64,000 nucleotides of DNA from Spirochaetia bacterium (GTDB taxonomy: Bacteria > Spirochaetota > Spirochaetia > DSM-16054 > Sediminispirochaetaceae), in NCBI GenBank assembly GCA_034520965.1, contig JAXHMY010000003.1, positions 128,001-192,000 of the forward strand, read 5' to 3'. The notes under the pieces are model-generated. The model was given only the letters and a program-made list of their open reading frames with translations, made no database searches and was not told the DNA's origin. Numbering within the stretch: position 1 is the stretch's first letter; each line of letters opens with the position of its first letter. Positions 49,604 through 58,680 of this stretch are shown here, in pieces. A program made the translations under genes and the position numbers.

Positions 49604-50542
49604 CTACTCAACTACTTTGTAAGAAACCTTGCTGCGAGTAATATAATCGCATGTAACCTGTTCCTGAATATCTTCTCCTGCATCCATATAGACAACTTCC
49701 ACAGGATTTCCAAAACTGTTATTCACATATGTAATTTTACGCTTTACCGAACCATTAGCCCTTAGTAAGGTTTCATTTACCAAGGCTCCATTTTCATACT
49801 CATACAAACGGCTCTGCTCGCGCTGGTCGGAACTATTGTACCACACCCGCTTTTCCGGCTTACCCCCGGAGTTGTATTCAATAACGAAATAATCCAGAAG
49901 ATCATTTCCGGCACTGTAGTTCTCGATACGTGTATTGAGTCCGTCCTTATACTCATACAGGCTGTAGCTCATCAGTGTATCATTGCCGTTGTACACCAGC
50001 CATTTGCTCTTGTGACCGGCCGGGTTATACTCAAACTCCTGCCGAGTCTGTTGTTCTTCCTTTGCGTTTAAAAGAAGGTCCTCAATTAGCAGACCTTCCT
50101 CGTTGTAATCGAACTGATGTATTCGCTGCAGCTCATTGTTGCCATTGTAGTGACGGCTTTCAGTCAAATTACCGCCTTCATAAGTGTAAACGATCCGTTC
50201 TTCAATCTCGTCATCGGAGTTGTACAATATCTCTTCGCGTTTTTCAGTTCCTTCGTCTGCATAGCTATACACCCGATAGGAAGCCAGGACACCGTCGGAA
50301 TAGTAGGTTGTCTTTTTAGAAACCAACTGTACCTCTTCAACAACTTTCTCCAGCTCCGGTTCAGTCGCTTCGGTACTTTCTTCTGCCTCGCCGGTCTCTG
50401 CCTCAGCGGTCTCTGCCTCAGCGGTCTCTGCCTCAGTCTTGGGCTCGGGAGCCTTCTCACTGGTTTCCGGTTGGCTTGCGCATCCAGTCCACAACAGAAC
50501 CAAGGCTCCCGCCAGCAGAACAAATATCAAGCTTTTGCGCAT
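49604..50542 (-). CDS. Lipoprotein with YD/RHS-like beta-hairpin repeats
   Basis: Lipobox WTG-C; acidic linker; repeated Y.Y..G...E...Y...G units; AAGGAG RBS. Confidence 0.78.
   Translation of the reverse strand: MRKSLIFVLLAGALVLLWTGCASQPETSEKAPEPKTEAETAEAETAEAETGEAEESTEATEPELEKVVEEVQLVSKKTTYYSDGVLASYRVYSYADEGTEKREEILYNSDDEIEERIVYTYEGGNLTESRHYNGNNELQRIHQFDYNEEGLLIEDLLLNAKEEQQTRQEFEYNPAGHKSKWLVYNGNDTLMSYSLYEYKDGLNTRIENYSAGNDLLDYFVIEYNSGGKPEKRVWYNSSDQREQSRLYEYENGALVNETLLRANGSVKRKITYVNNSFGNPVEVVYMDAGEDIQEQVTCDYITRSKVSYKVVE
50392..50436. repeat. 15-bp tandem repeat x3 encoding the ETAEA linker
   Basis: CGGTCTCTGCCTCAG, three perfect copies. Confidence 0.95.
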
Positions 50543-50624
50543 ATTTTTCTCCTTAAGATAATTCTTTTTCAAAGTATACTTCACAGGAATTTTCAAGTCA
50601 AACTGTTTAGGAGCAGCAATTCTA

Positions 50625-51500
50625 CTAGACGGAGTATAAGGAAGTTTCACTCAGAAACTCCGCCAGTGCCACGACTGTTTCCACCGTAAGCTCCTCCCCG
50701 CGCCGTCCCGGATCGATACCGCCGGCCTCCAACGCTGCAGCAATTTTTTCTTGTCCGTAGCGGGCAGCAAGATTGCTGCGGATTAGGGTATTACGGATAG
50801 TTTTTCGGCGCGAGCTAAACAATGCCTTGGTAATTGCACTCACCAAAGGCAGCCGACTAAAGTTGAATCGTCCATGGGGTTTCATTACCACTAGTGCTGA
50901 ATCAACGTGGGGTGGCGGATAAAAGGCTCCTGGAGAAATAGTTCCACCGTCCTCAACAGTACACGCGAATTGGCAAATAACCGAAAAAGCGGAATATTCA
51001 CGTGTTCCTGGTACAGCCCGCATTCGAGCGGCAACCTCCTTTTGAACGGTAAAAACCATTCGTGGAGCCACACAACCGGCTTCAATTAAATCGGCGATAA
51101 TCATTGAAGCGGTGTTATAGGGTAAATTTCCCATGATTCGGTCGGGAAGCCCCTCTTTCCTATACACCGACTTCCAGGTCTTCACTACATCCCCGGCCAC
51201 AATTTTCAAATGAGAGTACTCGGCGTAAAGGGATGTGAGAAACTGTATAAAACGGTTATCTATTTCAAAGAGTGTGATATTTTCCGCCTTATCCACCAAC
51301 ATGTGGGTCATTGCCCCCAAACCAGGTCCAACTTCCCACACCTTCGAATGCTCTTCCAGCTCAAGCAGCCCGACTATCTTCTCGCGTACCCCTTGGGAAA
51401 TCAGAAAGTTCTGCCCAAACCGGCGGTTGGGTGCCATTCCATGACTCTGCAGATACTGGGCGATCGACTTGGGAGAATTGTAGTTTAATTCGCCATCCAT
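50625..51500 (-). CDS. rsmA: 16S rRNA dimethyladenosine transferase
   Basis: FGQNFL, EVGPGLG, EID, GNLPYN, QKEVA.R, P.P.VDS. Confidence 0.95.
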   Translation of the reverse strand: MDGELNYNSPKSIAQYLQSHGMAPNRRFGQNFLISQGVREKIVGLLELEEHSKVWEVGPGLGAMTHMLVDKAENITLFEIDNRFIQFLTSLYAEYSHLKIVAGDVVKTWKSVYRKEGLPDRIMGNLPYNTASMIIADLIEAGCVAPRMVFTVQKEVAARMRAVPGTREYSAFSVICQFACTVEDGGTISPGAFYPPPHVDSALVVMKPHGRFNFSRLPLVSAITKALFSSRRKTIRNTLIRSNLAARYGQEKIAAALEAGGIDPGRRGEELTVETVVALAEFLSETSLYSV

Positions 51501-53046
51501 AGCGCCCAGCATACTGACAGAGTGAGAACAGCGTCAATACACAGGCTGAAATAAGAGCGGTCACTCTCCATTTATCTGGTGAAATTTCAATAGGACTAAA
51601 CAGACTCCACCACCTAACGGCATCTACCGTTACAAAGGCAGCCCACTCAATCAGAAGGCGGAAGTATCGATCAGCTGTCACCAACAGCGGGCTGGATACC
51701 AGACTTAGAAAGCAGGACCAGAACAGATAGGCTAATCCGCCCCACATCCATAGGGTCACCAGCGGTGTTAAGACCAGGGGCGCCAAAAATCCTACGGGAT
51801 ACAGTACCCCGAAACTTTTCACAAGGAGACAAGCACTACAGCACTGAGCAGCTATAGTCGCCGCCACACCATCCCTCATAAGCGGAGGAATCAGCACCGG
51901 CAGACAGCGGCTAATCGCGCGAGTCCACAGGCAGATTCCACCCAAGGCCATGTATGAAAGCTGAAAACCAAGGCTATATGCGTCTTGTGGAAGAAGCAGT
52001 GTTTGGAAAATAAAGGTCATACAGAGTATGTGAAATGGATTTACCCGCGCTCCCAGCAAAAGCACCCCCGCCGAACCCAGGGCATACATAATTACCGCAC
52101 GCAGCATAGAGGGCCGTATTCCAACTAGAAACAGGTAGAATACTATTATAAGTAGAGAAAGTAACACTGCCCGTCTGCGTCCAATCAATGGGGTTGCACA
52201 CATCAGCACTCCCAGAGAGATCACCCCCAAATGCATCCCCGACAGGGCCAGCAGATGTGCACAACCGGCCCGTCTAAAAAGGGCAAATAAATGGCCGGAG
52301 CTTCCATCCTTGTAGCCCAGAAGCAGCGCTTCCAATAAAGGCGGGGAGTACCGTCCGATACTGACTATCCTCGCACGGAGAGTAGAAAAAAGGGCAGCCC
52401 TTTTTTCCGAAAGCACCGAAGAGGAGCCGATGGAAATTGCGTGCCCCCGGGCCGTGCCTATATAGCTGACCCCTTCGGCCTGTGTGACTTTGCTGTTCTG
52501 TAGTTCTTTCAACTCTACCGGCACTCTCAACTTTTGCCCCTGATAAAAGCCGGTAGTATCGGGTAACAGCAGCAGCAAGGAACCCCTCGCTTCCGCAGTT
52601 TCGCCAAAATTATCTTTCACTTCAGATATGGAAATTTTCACACTGCTCCCGCCCCGCCCATCCATTCTGCTATCATCTAATGCTGTCCCACTTATCGCTG
52701 TCACCCTGGCTGCCGGAAGGCCTAAAAACTGCTGTGCTCTTTGCAGCGCAAAGGGGATTCGAATACAGAGAGCACATACAACAGATATCCAAAGCAGCAC
52801 TTTTGCACACGACCTTACTCTTTCGGAGGAGCGGTTGCAGAACACTATAGCCACAGCTGCTATAAGAATGGAACAGAGTGCACTCGCAATTTTTACAAGG
52901 TTGAGATTTACTACACTACATGCCCATAGGCTGCCCAGAACAGGCAGAATGCTAAGTTCGAGGAGGTGTTCATAGTGTCTTCGGAAGAAAAGGTGGCCCC
53001 AGCCTAGATTACCGCGAAAAAGTGCCTGTTTATTCTTTAAACTCAC
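51361..53046 (-). CDS. comEC: ComEC/Rec2 competence membrane protein (start uncertain)
   Basis: ALLLG, AHLLALSGMHLG, PSMLRA, GFQLSY. Confidence 0.85.
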   Translation of the reverse strand: MSLKNKQALFRGNLGWGHLFFRRHYEHLLELSILPVLGSLWACSVVNLNLVKIASALCSILIAAVAIVFCNRSSERVRSCAKVLLWISVVCALCIRIPFALQRAQQFLGLPAARVTAISGTALDDSRMDGRGGSSVKISISEVKDNFGETAEARGSLLLLLPDTTGFYQGQKLRVPVELKELQNSKVTQAEGVSYIGTARGHAISIGSSSVLSEKRAALFSTLRARIVSIGRYSPPLLEALLLGYKDGSSGHLFALFRRAGCAHLLALSGMHLGVISLGVLMCATPLIGRRRAVLLSLLIIVFYLFLVGIRPSMLRAVIMYALGSAGVLLLGARVNPFHILCMTFIFQTLLLPQDAYSLGFQLSYMALGGICLWTRAISRCLPVLIPPLMRDGVAATIAAQCCSACLLVKSFGVLYPVGFLAPLVLTPLVTLWMWGGLAYLFWSCFLSLVSSPLLVTADRYFRLLIEWAAFVTVDAVRWWSLFSPIEISPDKWRVTALISACVLTLFSLCQYAGRYGWRIKLQFSQVDRPVSAESWNGTQPPVWAELSDFPRGTREDSRAA

Positions 53047-54256
53047 TCAATACCTCCCGCGCAGCCTGTTTGACTGAACGGGGGTAATCAAGATACATGG
53101 TGTAGAGTAAGTGATCGAATGCCACTTCATCGCCTAAAATGCCGAGGTTCTTGATAACAGCTAATGCAACCTGTTCGTCAACTTTCTGCCCGTTTTCTTT
53201 ATAAGTGTTTAACACTTCTAGATACAGGCTAAGTCGTACTGCTGCTTCACGCGTTCCCATTGCACCTACGCATGCAATTGCCTCGAGGAGGTTGGATTTC
53301 GAGGCAATGCCCCGGTCGACCTCGACATTTGTTCTATCGAAATGGTCTATTACTAAGGGGCTTGCTTCAGACCGCTCCAACTGAGTCAGTTGCCGGACTG
53401 CTTCGTAGCGCAGTTCCCGCAATTTTTCCTGCTTTTCCTGATTACTAACTTGTGTAAGACCCGCGGAGAGGGATCTCTGGGCAATCTCTCCTTTTTTCTT
53501 ATTCGAAAGAGTGTCCTGTTCCATAGCCCACTTCAAAGCCGCCAACTTTTCTTGTGGAAAGCCATTTTTAATCACCTGCAGCACCATTCGGCTGGTATCG
53601 CCCTCTAGATTTTCCAGGGCCTCAAGAGCTTTCTCCTCGATATGCTGAGGGTAACCGAGATGGGCTGCAGCAAAAATTTCGGAAAAAGCGACGTTACTGC
53701 CAATTCGAGATACAGCGGTAATTGTCTCGGCTATCACCTGGTTTTCTACATCTTCCCCTTGGCGGAATTTGTTGTTCTGCACTTCCAAGTAATTAACTAT
53801 CGATGTCACCAACTGTTCATCAGGATTCAGCAGCCTTCCGAGGCTCTGAACAGCGGCAACTTTTATTCCTATCTCGCTGCTTTGCCGGAACAGATTCCAT
53901 AAACCCTGGGTAGCAGGTGTGTAGGTCGTCTCCCCGGCTAAGCGTGCGGCAAACTTTACCAGCTCAATTGCAGTGGGATCCTCCCGGAGGGTCGAAAAAT
54001 TATCCAAATAGAACCTGATTGCCTGCAGGTACAGCTTTCCCATGCCGCCTCCCTTTTCGGAGGCAGCGTCCTGCAGTACTTGGACCTTGGTAGCAAGACT
54101 GCCGCGGGCGAAATTCTTTTGATAGGCAAACAGCATTTTGTTATCAGCTTCGTTTTGTCCCTGAGCTTGGCTCTGATCTTGGGCCTGCTGGGCGGACACA
54201 TTCATTAAAGAAAGCATCAGAAAAAACACTATGCTTATGAATATTAATTTTTTCAT
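53030..54256 (-). CDS. Exported HEAT-repeat protein
   Basis: Signal peptide; HEAT-like repeats; architecture parallels 48362-49579. Confidence 0.75.
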   Translation of the reverse strand: MKKLIFISIVFFLMLSLMNVSAQQAQDQSQAQGQNEADNKMLFAYQKNFARGSLATKVQVLQDAASEKGGGMGKLYLQAIRFYLDNFSTLREDPTAIELVKFAARLAGETTYTPATQGLWNLFRQSSEIGIKVAAVQSLGRLLNPDEQLVTSIVNYLEVQNNKFRQGEDVENQVIAETITAVSRIGSNVAFSEIFAAAHLGYPQHIEEKALEALENLEGDTSRMVLQVIKNGFPQEKLAALKWAMEQDTLSNKKKGEIAQRSLSAGLTQVSNQEKQEKLRELRYEAVRQLTQLERSEASPLVIDHFDRTNVEVDRGIASKSNLLEAIACVGAMGTREAAVRLSLYLEVLNTYKENGQKVDEQVALAVIKNLGILGDEVAFDHLLYTMYLDYPRSVKQAAREVLSEFKE

Positions 54257-54290
54257 ACTAAACTCCCAATCTACCTCAGAATTGCTGAAT

Positions 54291-55304
54291 CTACCTTTCA
54301 TCACGTTCACCAAATAAGTTATACACATACATCAGTATCCTATTCTTTATCACCGGAGATGGAGGCGTTGCCTGGATATGCAAAACCGACTGGTGTTTGG
54401 GTTGATTATAATTCACACCCTTTGCGATTCCATTCATAACAATAGTTGAATCACCCAATTTAAACTGGAGTTTGACTACCATTCCAACTTTCCCGCGGCC
54501 TCCAATCAGTACTGCTGCACCATCTTCCGAGAGATCTCGAATTCGGCACCGAAGTCCACGCCCATACTCATACTCTTCGTTGGCAGTTTCAATTGAGCGC
54601 AGCGGAAACATACTGCCGGAGATATTGGTATCGACCCGTACGGAGCCCCGTTTTTGGCTTCGAACGAGTGAATCGGAATGGGCAATGTGTAAAATCGGAT
54701 ATCGACGGTCCAGATAGTCTTCTATAACCCTCGATTCAAACACATATCCGGCATCATCGGCCCTCCAGAAATAAATGTTTATTCGATGGCCCTTCCAGAT
54801 AAATCCCGGCGGCAGTTTCGGCCCCTCCGGATAAGAGATGGCCATATAACGACGCAGATTTTCCACAATTTGTGACCGATAGGTACCCAAGCCGGGCATG
54901 TTTATCATTATGCGCTGTCGCTGGGGCAGCTTGCGTGTTGATTTTATTCCTAGTTTGTATTTCGGAAGATCCATTTCGACGTTCTTACGGAAGTCGAACA
55001 GTTTAGATAAGAAATGGATGTTTTCCTCATTGCCGATACTGTCTTCAGAACGGAATTTAGTAATCATCCCTTTAATTGACCGGTCCAGCTGACCGATCGA
55101 CCAGAAAAGGGCGGTCGGGTTTTTCAAACGGTTCTCTACCGCCACTTTCCGCAATAGATTTACCTCTTTAAAGGTAAACCCCGACTCCTTCCCCTTCGCG
55201 TAAAAGTGAATCCACGGGAAGCTCCCGCCGCCCGCCTTACGGAGCGCACCGTAACCGATTATGAGTAATACAAAAAAACTGCCTAAAAGAATCCAAATAA
55301 TCAT
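54291..55304 (-). CDS. Membrane-anchored PilZ/YcgR-like flagellar brake protein
   Basis: QKRGSVRV (RxxxR) and DLSEDG (DxSxxG). Confidence 0.85.
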   Translation of the reverse strand: MIIWILLGSFFVLLIIGYGALRKAGGGSFPWIHFYAKGKESGFTFKEVNLLRKVAVENRLKNPTALFWSIGQLDRSIKGMITKFRSEDSIGNEENIHFLSKLFDFRKNVEMDLPKYKLGIKSTRKLPQRQRIMINMPGLGTYRSQIVENLRRYMAISYPEGPKLPPGFIWKGHRINIYFWRADDAGYVFESRVIEDYLDRRYPILHIAHSDSLVRSQKRGSVRVDTNISGSMFPLRSIETANEEYEYGRGLRCRIRDLSEDGAAVLIGGRGKVGMVVKLQFKLGDSTIVMNGIAKGVNYNQPKHQSVLHIQATPPSPVIKNRILMYVYNLFGERDER

Positions 55305-55361
55305 ATTCCAACTATTACTTTAACTATACAATCTTAACCATATCAGATAAGGTTTTACGAA

Positions 55362-56102
55362 ATGAATTTTACTAACCATACACCATTTTATCCAAAAAAT
55401 CACGACGAAAATATGCCTTTTCTTGAGGCTATTCTGCTTTTTTCAGTCTTTTTCCTTCCTGGATACTTTCAACAGGGGGCAGGCTTCAACGTAGATAGCA
55501 TGCTGAACCCTGGGTTCCACCTGTTTACACTGTTGTTCAGCCTGCCTCAGATGCTGCTAATTATCTACATCATTAACCTGCGCTCCAACTCGGATTTAAG
55601 ATCCTACGGCATTGTACCACTGCGAGAAACCCCTGTTTTGAAGGTAATTGTAAGTTATGTTTTTATCCTCAGTATCCCCCTGTTACTCGGGATTATACAG
55701 CAATTCATTGGAATTAGTGAACCGGTTTATAAAAATACCGGTATACAGATAAATTCTGATTTTTATGTACGCTTATCCGAACAACCAATCCTTATATTTT
55801 TCATCGCTGTAACCTGTCTATTAATAGGATACTTCGAAGAGCTTTTTTTCCGGGTATACCTTATCCGTGATTTTGCTGTGAACCGCCGGGCGGCTCACCT
55901 GACAATAGTAATCGGGAGCCTGCTTTTTGCCGGAGGTCACATGTACCAGGGGTTTACTGCCGCTGCCGGTACGTTTTTAATAGGTGTAATTCTTGGGTAC
56001 CGGTATCTGGCGCATTCTTCTTGGCACGAAATAGCATTAGCCCACGCCTTTTACAATTTTACCGCAATTCTATTGCTTCCGGCAGCAGGGGGCTTGTCTT
56101 AA
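55362..56102 (+). CDS. CPBP (CAAX/Abi) intramembrane metalloprotease
   Basis: EELFFR, FAGGH, HAFYN. Confidence 0.88.
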   Translation: MNFTNHTPFYPKNHDENMPFLEAILLFSVFFLPGYFQQGAGFNVDSMLNPGFHLFTLLFSLPQMLLIIYIINLRSNSDLRSYGIVPLRETPVLKVIVSYVFILSIPLLLGIIQQFIGISEPVYKNTGIQINSDFYVRLSEQPILIFFIAVTCLLIGYFEELFFRVYLIRDFAVNRRAAHLTIVIGSLLFAGGHMYQGFTAAAGTFLIGVILGYRYLAHSSWHEIALAHAFYNFTAILLLPAAGGLS

Positions 56103-56173
56103 GCAATATTTTCTGCCTGTTTTACTCAGTTTTTTCTCTTGCTTTTATACTTAGAGTATATTATTTTCCATAT

Positions 56174-56749
56174 ATGAAATTTCTTAATACCATAAAACAG
56201 TCTCTAATTATGTTGATCTTTCTGCTCACGGCTTTTGCATTGTCAGCACAGGAAGATATCGATCTAAGCAAGACGGAAGAGTTATTCTACAATGCCGGTT
56301 TTGGAGTATTAAAGGAAACCACCGCTGCACCTGACTTCACAATTGAAACCTTGCAAGGAGATAGGGTCAGCCTCTCCGATTACCGCGGCAAAGTGGTACT
56401 GTTGAATCTGTGGGCAACCTGGTGTCCCCCTTGCCGTGAGGAAATGCCCTCAATGCAGAGCCTATACGACCAACTAAAAGACCGTGGTTTTACCATTTTA
56501 GCGGTTGCAGCCCCTAATCCGCCCCGGGAAACCTTCGAAAAAATTGAAAACTACATCTCTGAGTACGGGTATACCTTTCCTGTTTTGATCGACTCGGAAT
56601 ACAAGGTAAACGGGACCTACGGCACCGGCAGTATTCCTACTAGTTGGGTAGTCGATACCGAAGGTAATCTGGTCGCCCGCTTAGTTGGAGCAACTGACTG
56701 GCAGTCGGAATCGATTATGAGCGCCTTTGAGGAACTTTTACCACAATAG
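56174..56749 (+). CDS. TlpA/ResA-type thiol-disulfide oxidoreductase
   Basis: APDF, NLWATWCPPCREEMP, IPTS. Confidence 0.92.
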   Translation: MKFLNTIKQSLIMLIFLLTAFALSAQEDIDLSKTEELFYNAGFGVLKETTAAPDFTIETLQGDRVSLSDYRGKVVLLNLWATWCPPCREEMPSMQSLYDQLKDRGFTILAVAAPNPPRETFEKIENYISEYGYTFPVLIDSEYKVNGTYGTGSIPTSWVVDTEGNLVARLVGATDWQSESIMSAFEELLPQ

Positions 56750-56794
56750 GTTTCAACGTAACAATAACAGCAGCAGCAAGCGAGGACTATCGGG

Positions 56795-58651
56795 ATGGCA
56801 ACTATAGGATCACCCTGGAAACGTAGAGCGATACTGGTTTTATTCGGAATTGCATTCGTTCTGCCGGCCGCCTACGGACAATTGAATAACCTCGAAATAC
56901 TGGAACCGTCCAAACCCTCCGGCGGTTCGGCAGAGGCGGTTTCAGAACCTCAACCGGGGTCTCCGAGCGCTCGGATAGAGCCCCCCTCAACTCCTGTTGT
57001 GCTTAGAGAAAACGGAAGCAGTTTTGAAGTTATCTTTTATATCCCCGATGGATTTTATCAGTCCAAACAGCAAGATTTCTTTACCGTCAGTGCCCCAAAC
57101 TCCTCTCCCTTAGCGGTAACCTCGGTCGAGTACCCGGAAGGCCTTCAAGAAGCCGGGCCGGAGAACGAGGTAAAATATTACAATAGTGCCGCCCTCACGG
57201 TACAAGTCTCGACTAAAGAGGATATAAAAGCCGGCGAGTATCGCATACCCTTTACCGCCTCGTATCAGCTGTGCGACGAGGCCGGCACATGTTTCTTTCC
57301 GCAAGACGAGACTATCCTAGTCGCATTTGAAGTTCCACAAGCTGTTGAAGTGGGTAATGGAGCAGGATTTTCGAACGCCGGCTCTCTCCCTGCCTCTCCC
57401 GCTCCCTCTTCGGCAGCTCCTGTTTCGCTGGGAATGCTTCTCCGTTTCCTCCTGTTTGCCCTAATTGGCGGGCTCTTCCTGAATGTGATGCCCTGCGTAC
57501 TCCCGGTGCTTTCTATCCGGGCTCTCAATTTGGTGAAACAAAGCGGCAACAGCCGTCGTGAAATATTTACCGGGTCACTCTTTTATACTATAGGGGTGCT
57601 GGTTTCATTATTGATTCTGGCGGGGGTTGTAATAGGCCTTAAACTCTCCGGCGAACTGGTTGGTTGGGGATTCCAGTTTCAGAATCCGGGCTTTGTGGTG
57701 TTCCTCATTATTGTGGTATTTGTATTTGCTCTTTCGTTGTTTGATGTATTTGTATTTCAGCCACCCCGTATGAACGGGGCAATTCAACGTGCCGGCAGCA
57801 AGGGCTACATTGGTTCTTTTTTCAACGGAATCATCGCCGTGCTCCTGGCTACTCCCTGTACCGCTCCGCTACTGGGTCCCGCACTTGGCTTTGCCTTCTC
57901 CCAGCCACCGCTTGTCATTATACTTACCTTTTCAATGGTTGGAATCGGCTTTGCCCTGCCCTTCCTGTTGATTGGACTGCGGCCTGGCCTCATCAACAAA
58001 CTGCCTAAACCTGGTCCATGGATGAATACTTTTAAAGAATTGATGGGCTTTGTTCTTTTTGCAACCGCCATCTATCTGCTCAGTATTCTGCGCCATCAGG
58101 TTACTCCCGGCCAGCTTGTTCAGGTGTTGTTGTTTCTGCTGATAATCGGCTTTTTGCTTTGGATCTACGGAAAAACCGCATCTCCGGTTATTAGTCGTAA
58201 AAGGAAGTGGATTATTTTAGGATTTATCGTTATACTCTCCGTATCGGCCGCGGGCCGTCTACTTGAGTTTGAAAAAGGCCCGAACACACAATCAACGGCG
58301 ACAATAAGAGAAGGATGGGAGCAATTTTCGGTAGAAAAACTGGAAGAATACCAACAGGCGGATAACCCGGTACTAGTCGTGTTTTCAGCAAAATGGTGCA
58401 CCGTATGCAAACTGAATGAACAGACGGTACTCCATACAGAAAGGGGTGATGCCCTGTTTCGTTCACATGGTGTTAAATTGCTGTACGGCGATTACACCAA
58501 TCAGGACCCGGTTATAGAGGAGTGGATTCGTTTCTACGGAAGAGCAGGCGTGCCAGTGTATGCCTATTATCATTCTGGCGAAGATTACACACTCCTGCCG
58601 GAAGTACTTACCTTCCAGATTTTAGAAAGTCACCTAAACCCATACTCCTGA
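56795..58651 (+). CDS. dsbD: DsbD/ScsB-type protein-disulfide reductase
   Basis: QLCDEAGTC alpha domain; NVMPCVLP and ATPCTAP TM cysteines; WCTVC thioredoxin domain. Confidence 0.9.
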   Translation: MATIGSPWKRRAILVLFGIAFVLPAAYGQLNNLEILEPSKPSGGSAEAVSEPQPGSPSARIEPPSTPVVLRENGSSFEVIFYIPDGFYQSKQQDFFTVSAPNSSPLAVTSVEYPEGLQEAGPENEVKYYNSAALTVQVSTKEDIKAGEYRIPFTASYQLCDEAGTCFFPQDETILVAFEVPQAVEVGNGAGFSNAGSLPASPAPSSAAPVSLGMLLRFLLFALIGGLFLNVMPCVLPVLSIRALNLVKQSGNSRREIFTGSLFYTIGVLVSLLILAGVVIGLKLSGELVGWGFQFQNPGFVVFLIIVVFVFALSLFDVFVFQPPRMNGAIQRAGSKGYIGSFFNGIIAVLLATPCTAPLLGPALGFAFSQPPLVIILTFSMVGIGFALPFLLIGLRPGLINKLPKPGPWMNTFKELMGFVLFATAIYLLSILRHQVTPGQLVQVLLFLLIIGFLLWIYGKTASPVISRKRKWIILGFIVILSVSAAGRLLEFEKGPNTQSTATIREGWEQFSVEKLEEYQQADNPVLVVFSAKWCTVCKLNEQTVLHTERGDALFRSHGVKLLYGDYTNQDPVIEEWIRFYGRAGVPVYAYYHSGEDYTLLPEVLTFQILESHLNPYS

Positions 58652-58680
58652 TCTGATTTACGTTAAGGAGGAATTATTTA

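Noticed and set aside
49604..50542. RHS polymorphic toxin
   Set aside because: Too short; no PxxxxDPxG core motif, toxin domain or immunity gene
56021..56036. Sigma-54 promoter for tlpA-dsbD (TGGCACGAAATAGC)
   Set aside because: GG-to-GC spacing is 9 rather than the required 10, and it lies in coding sequence
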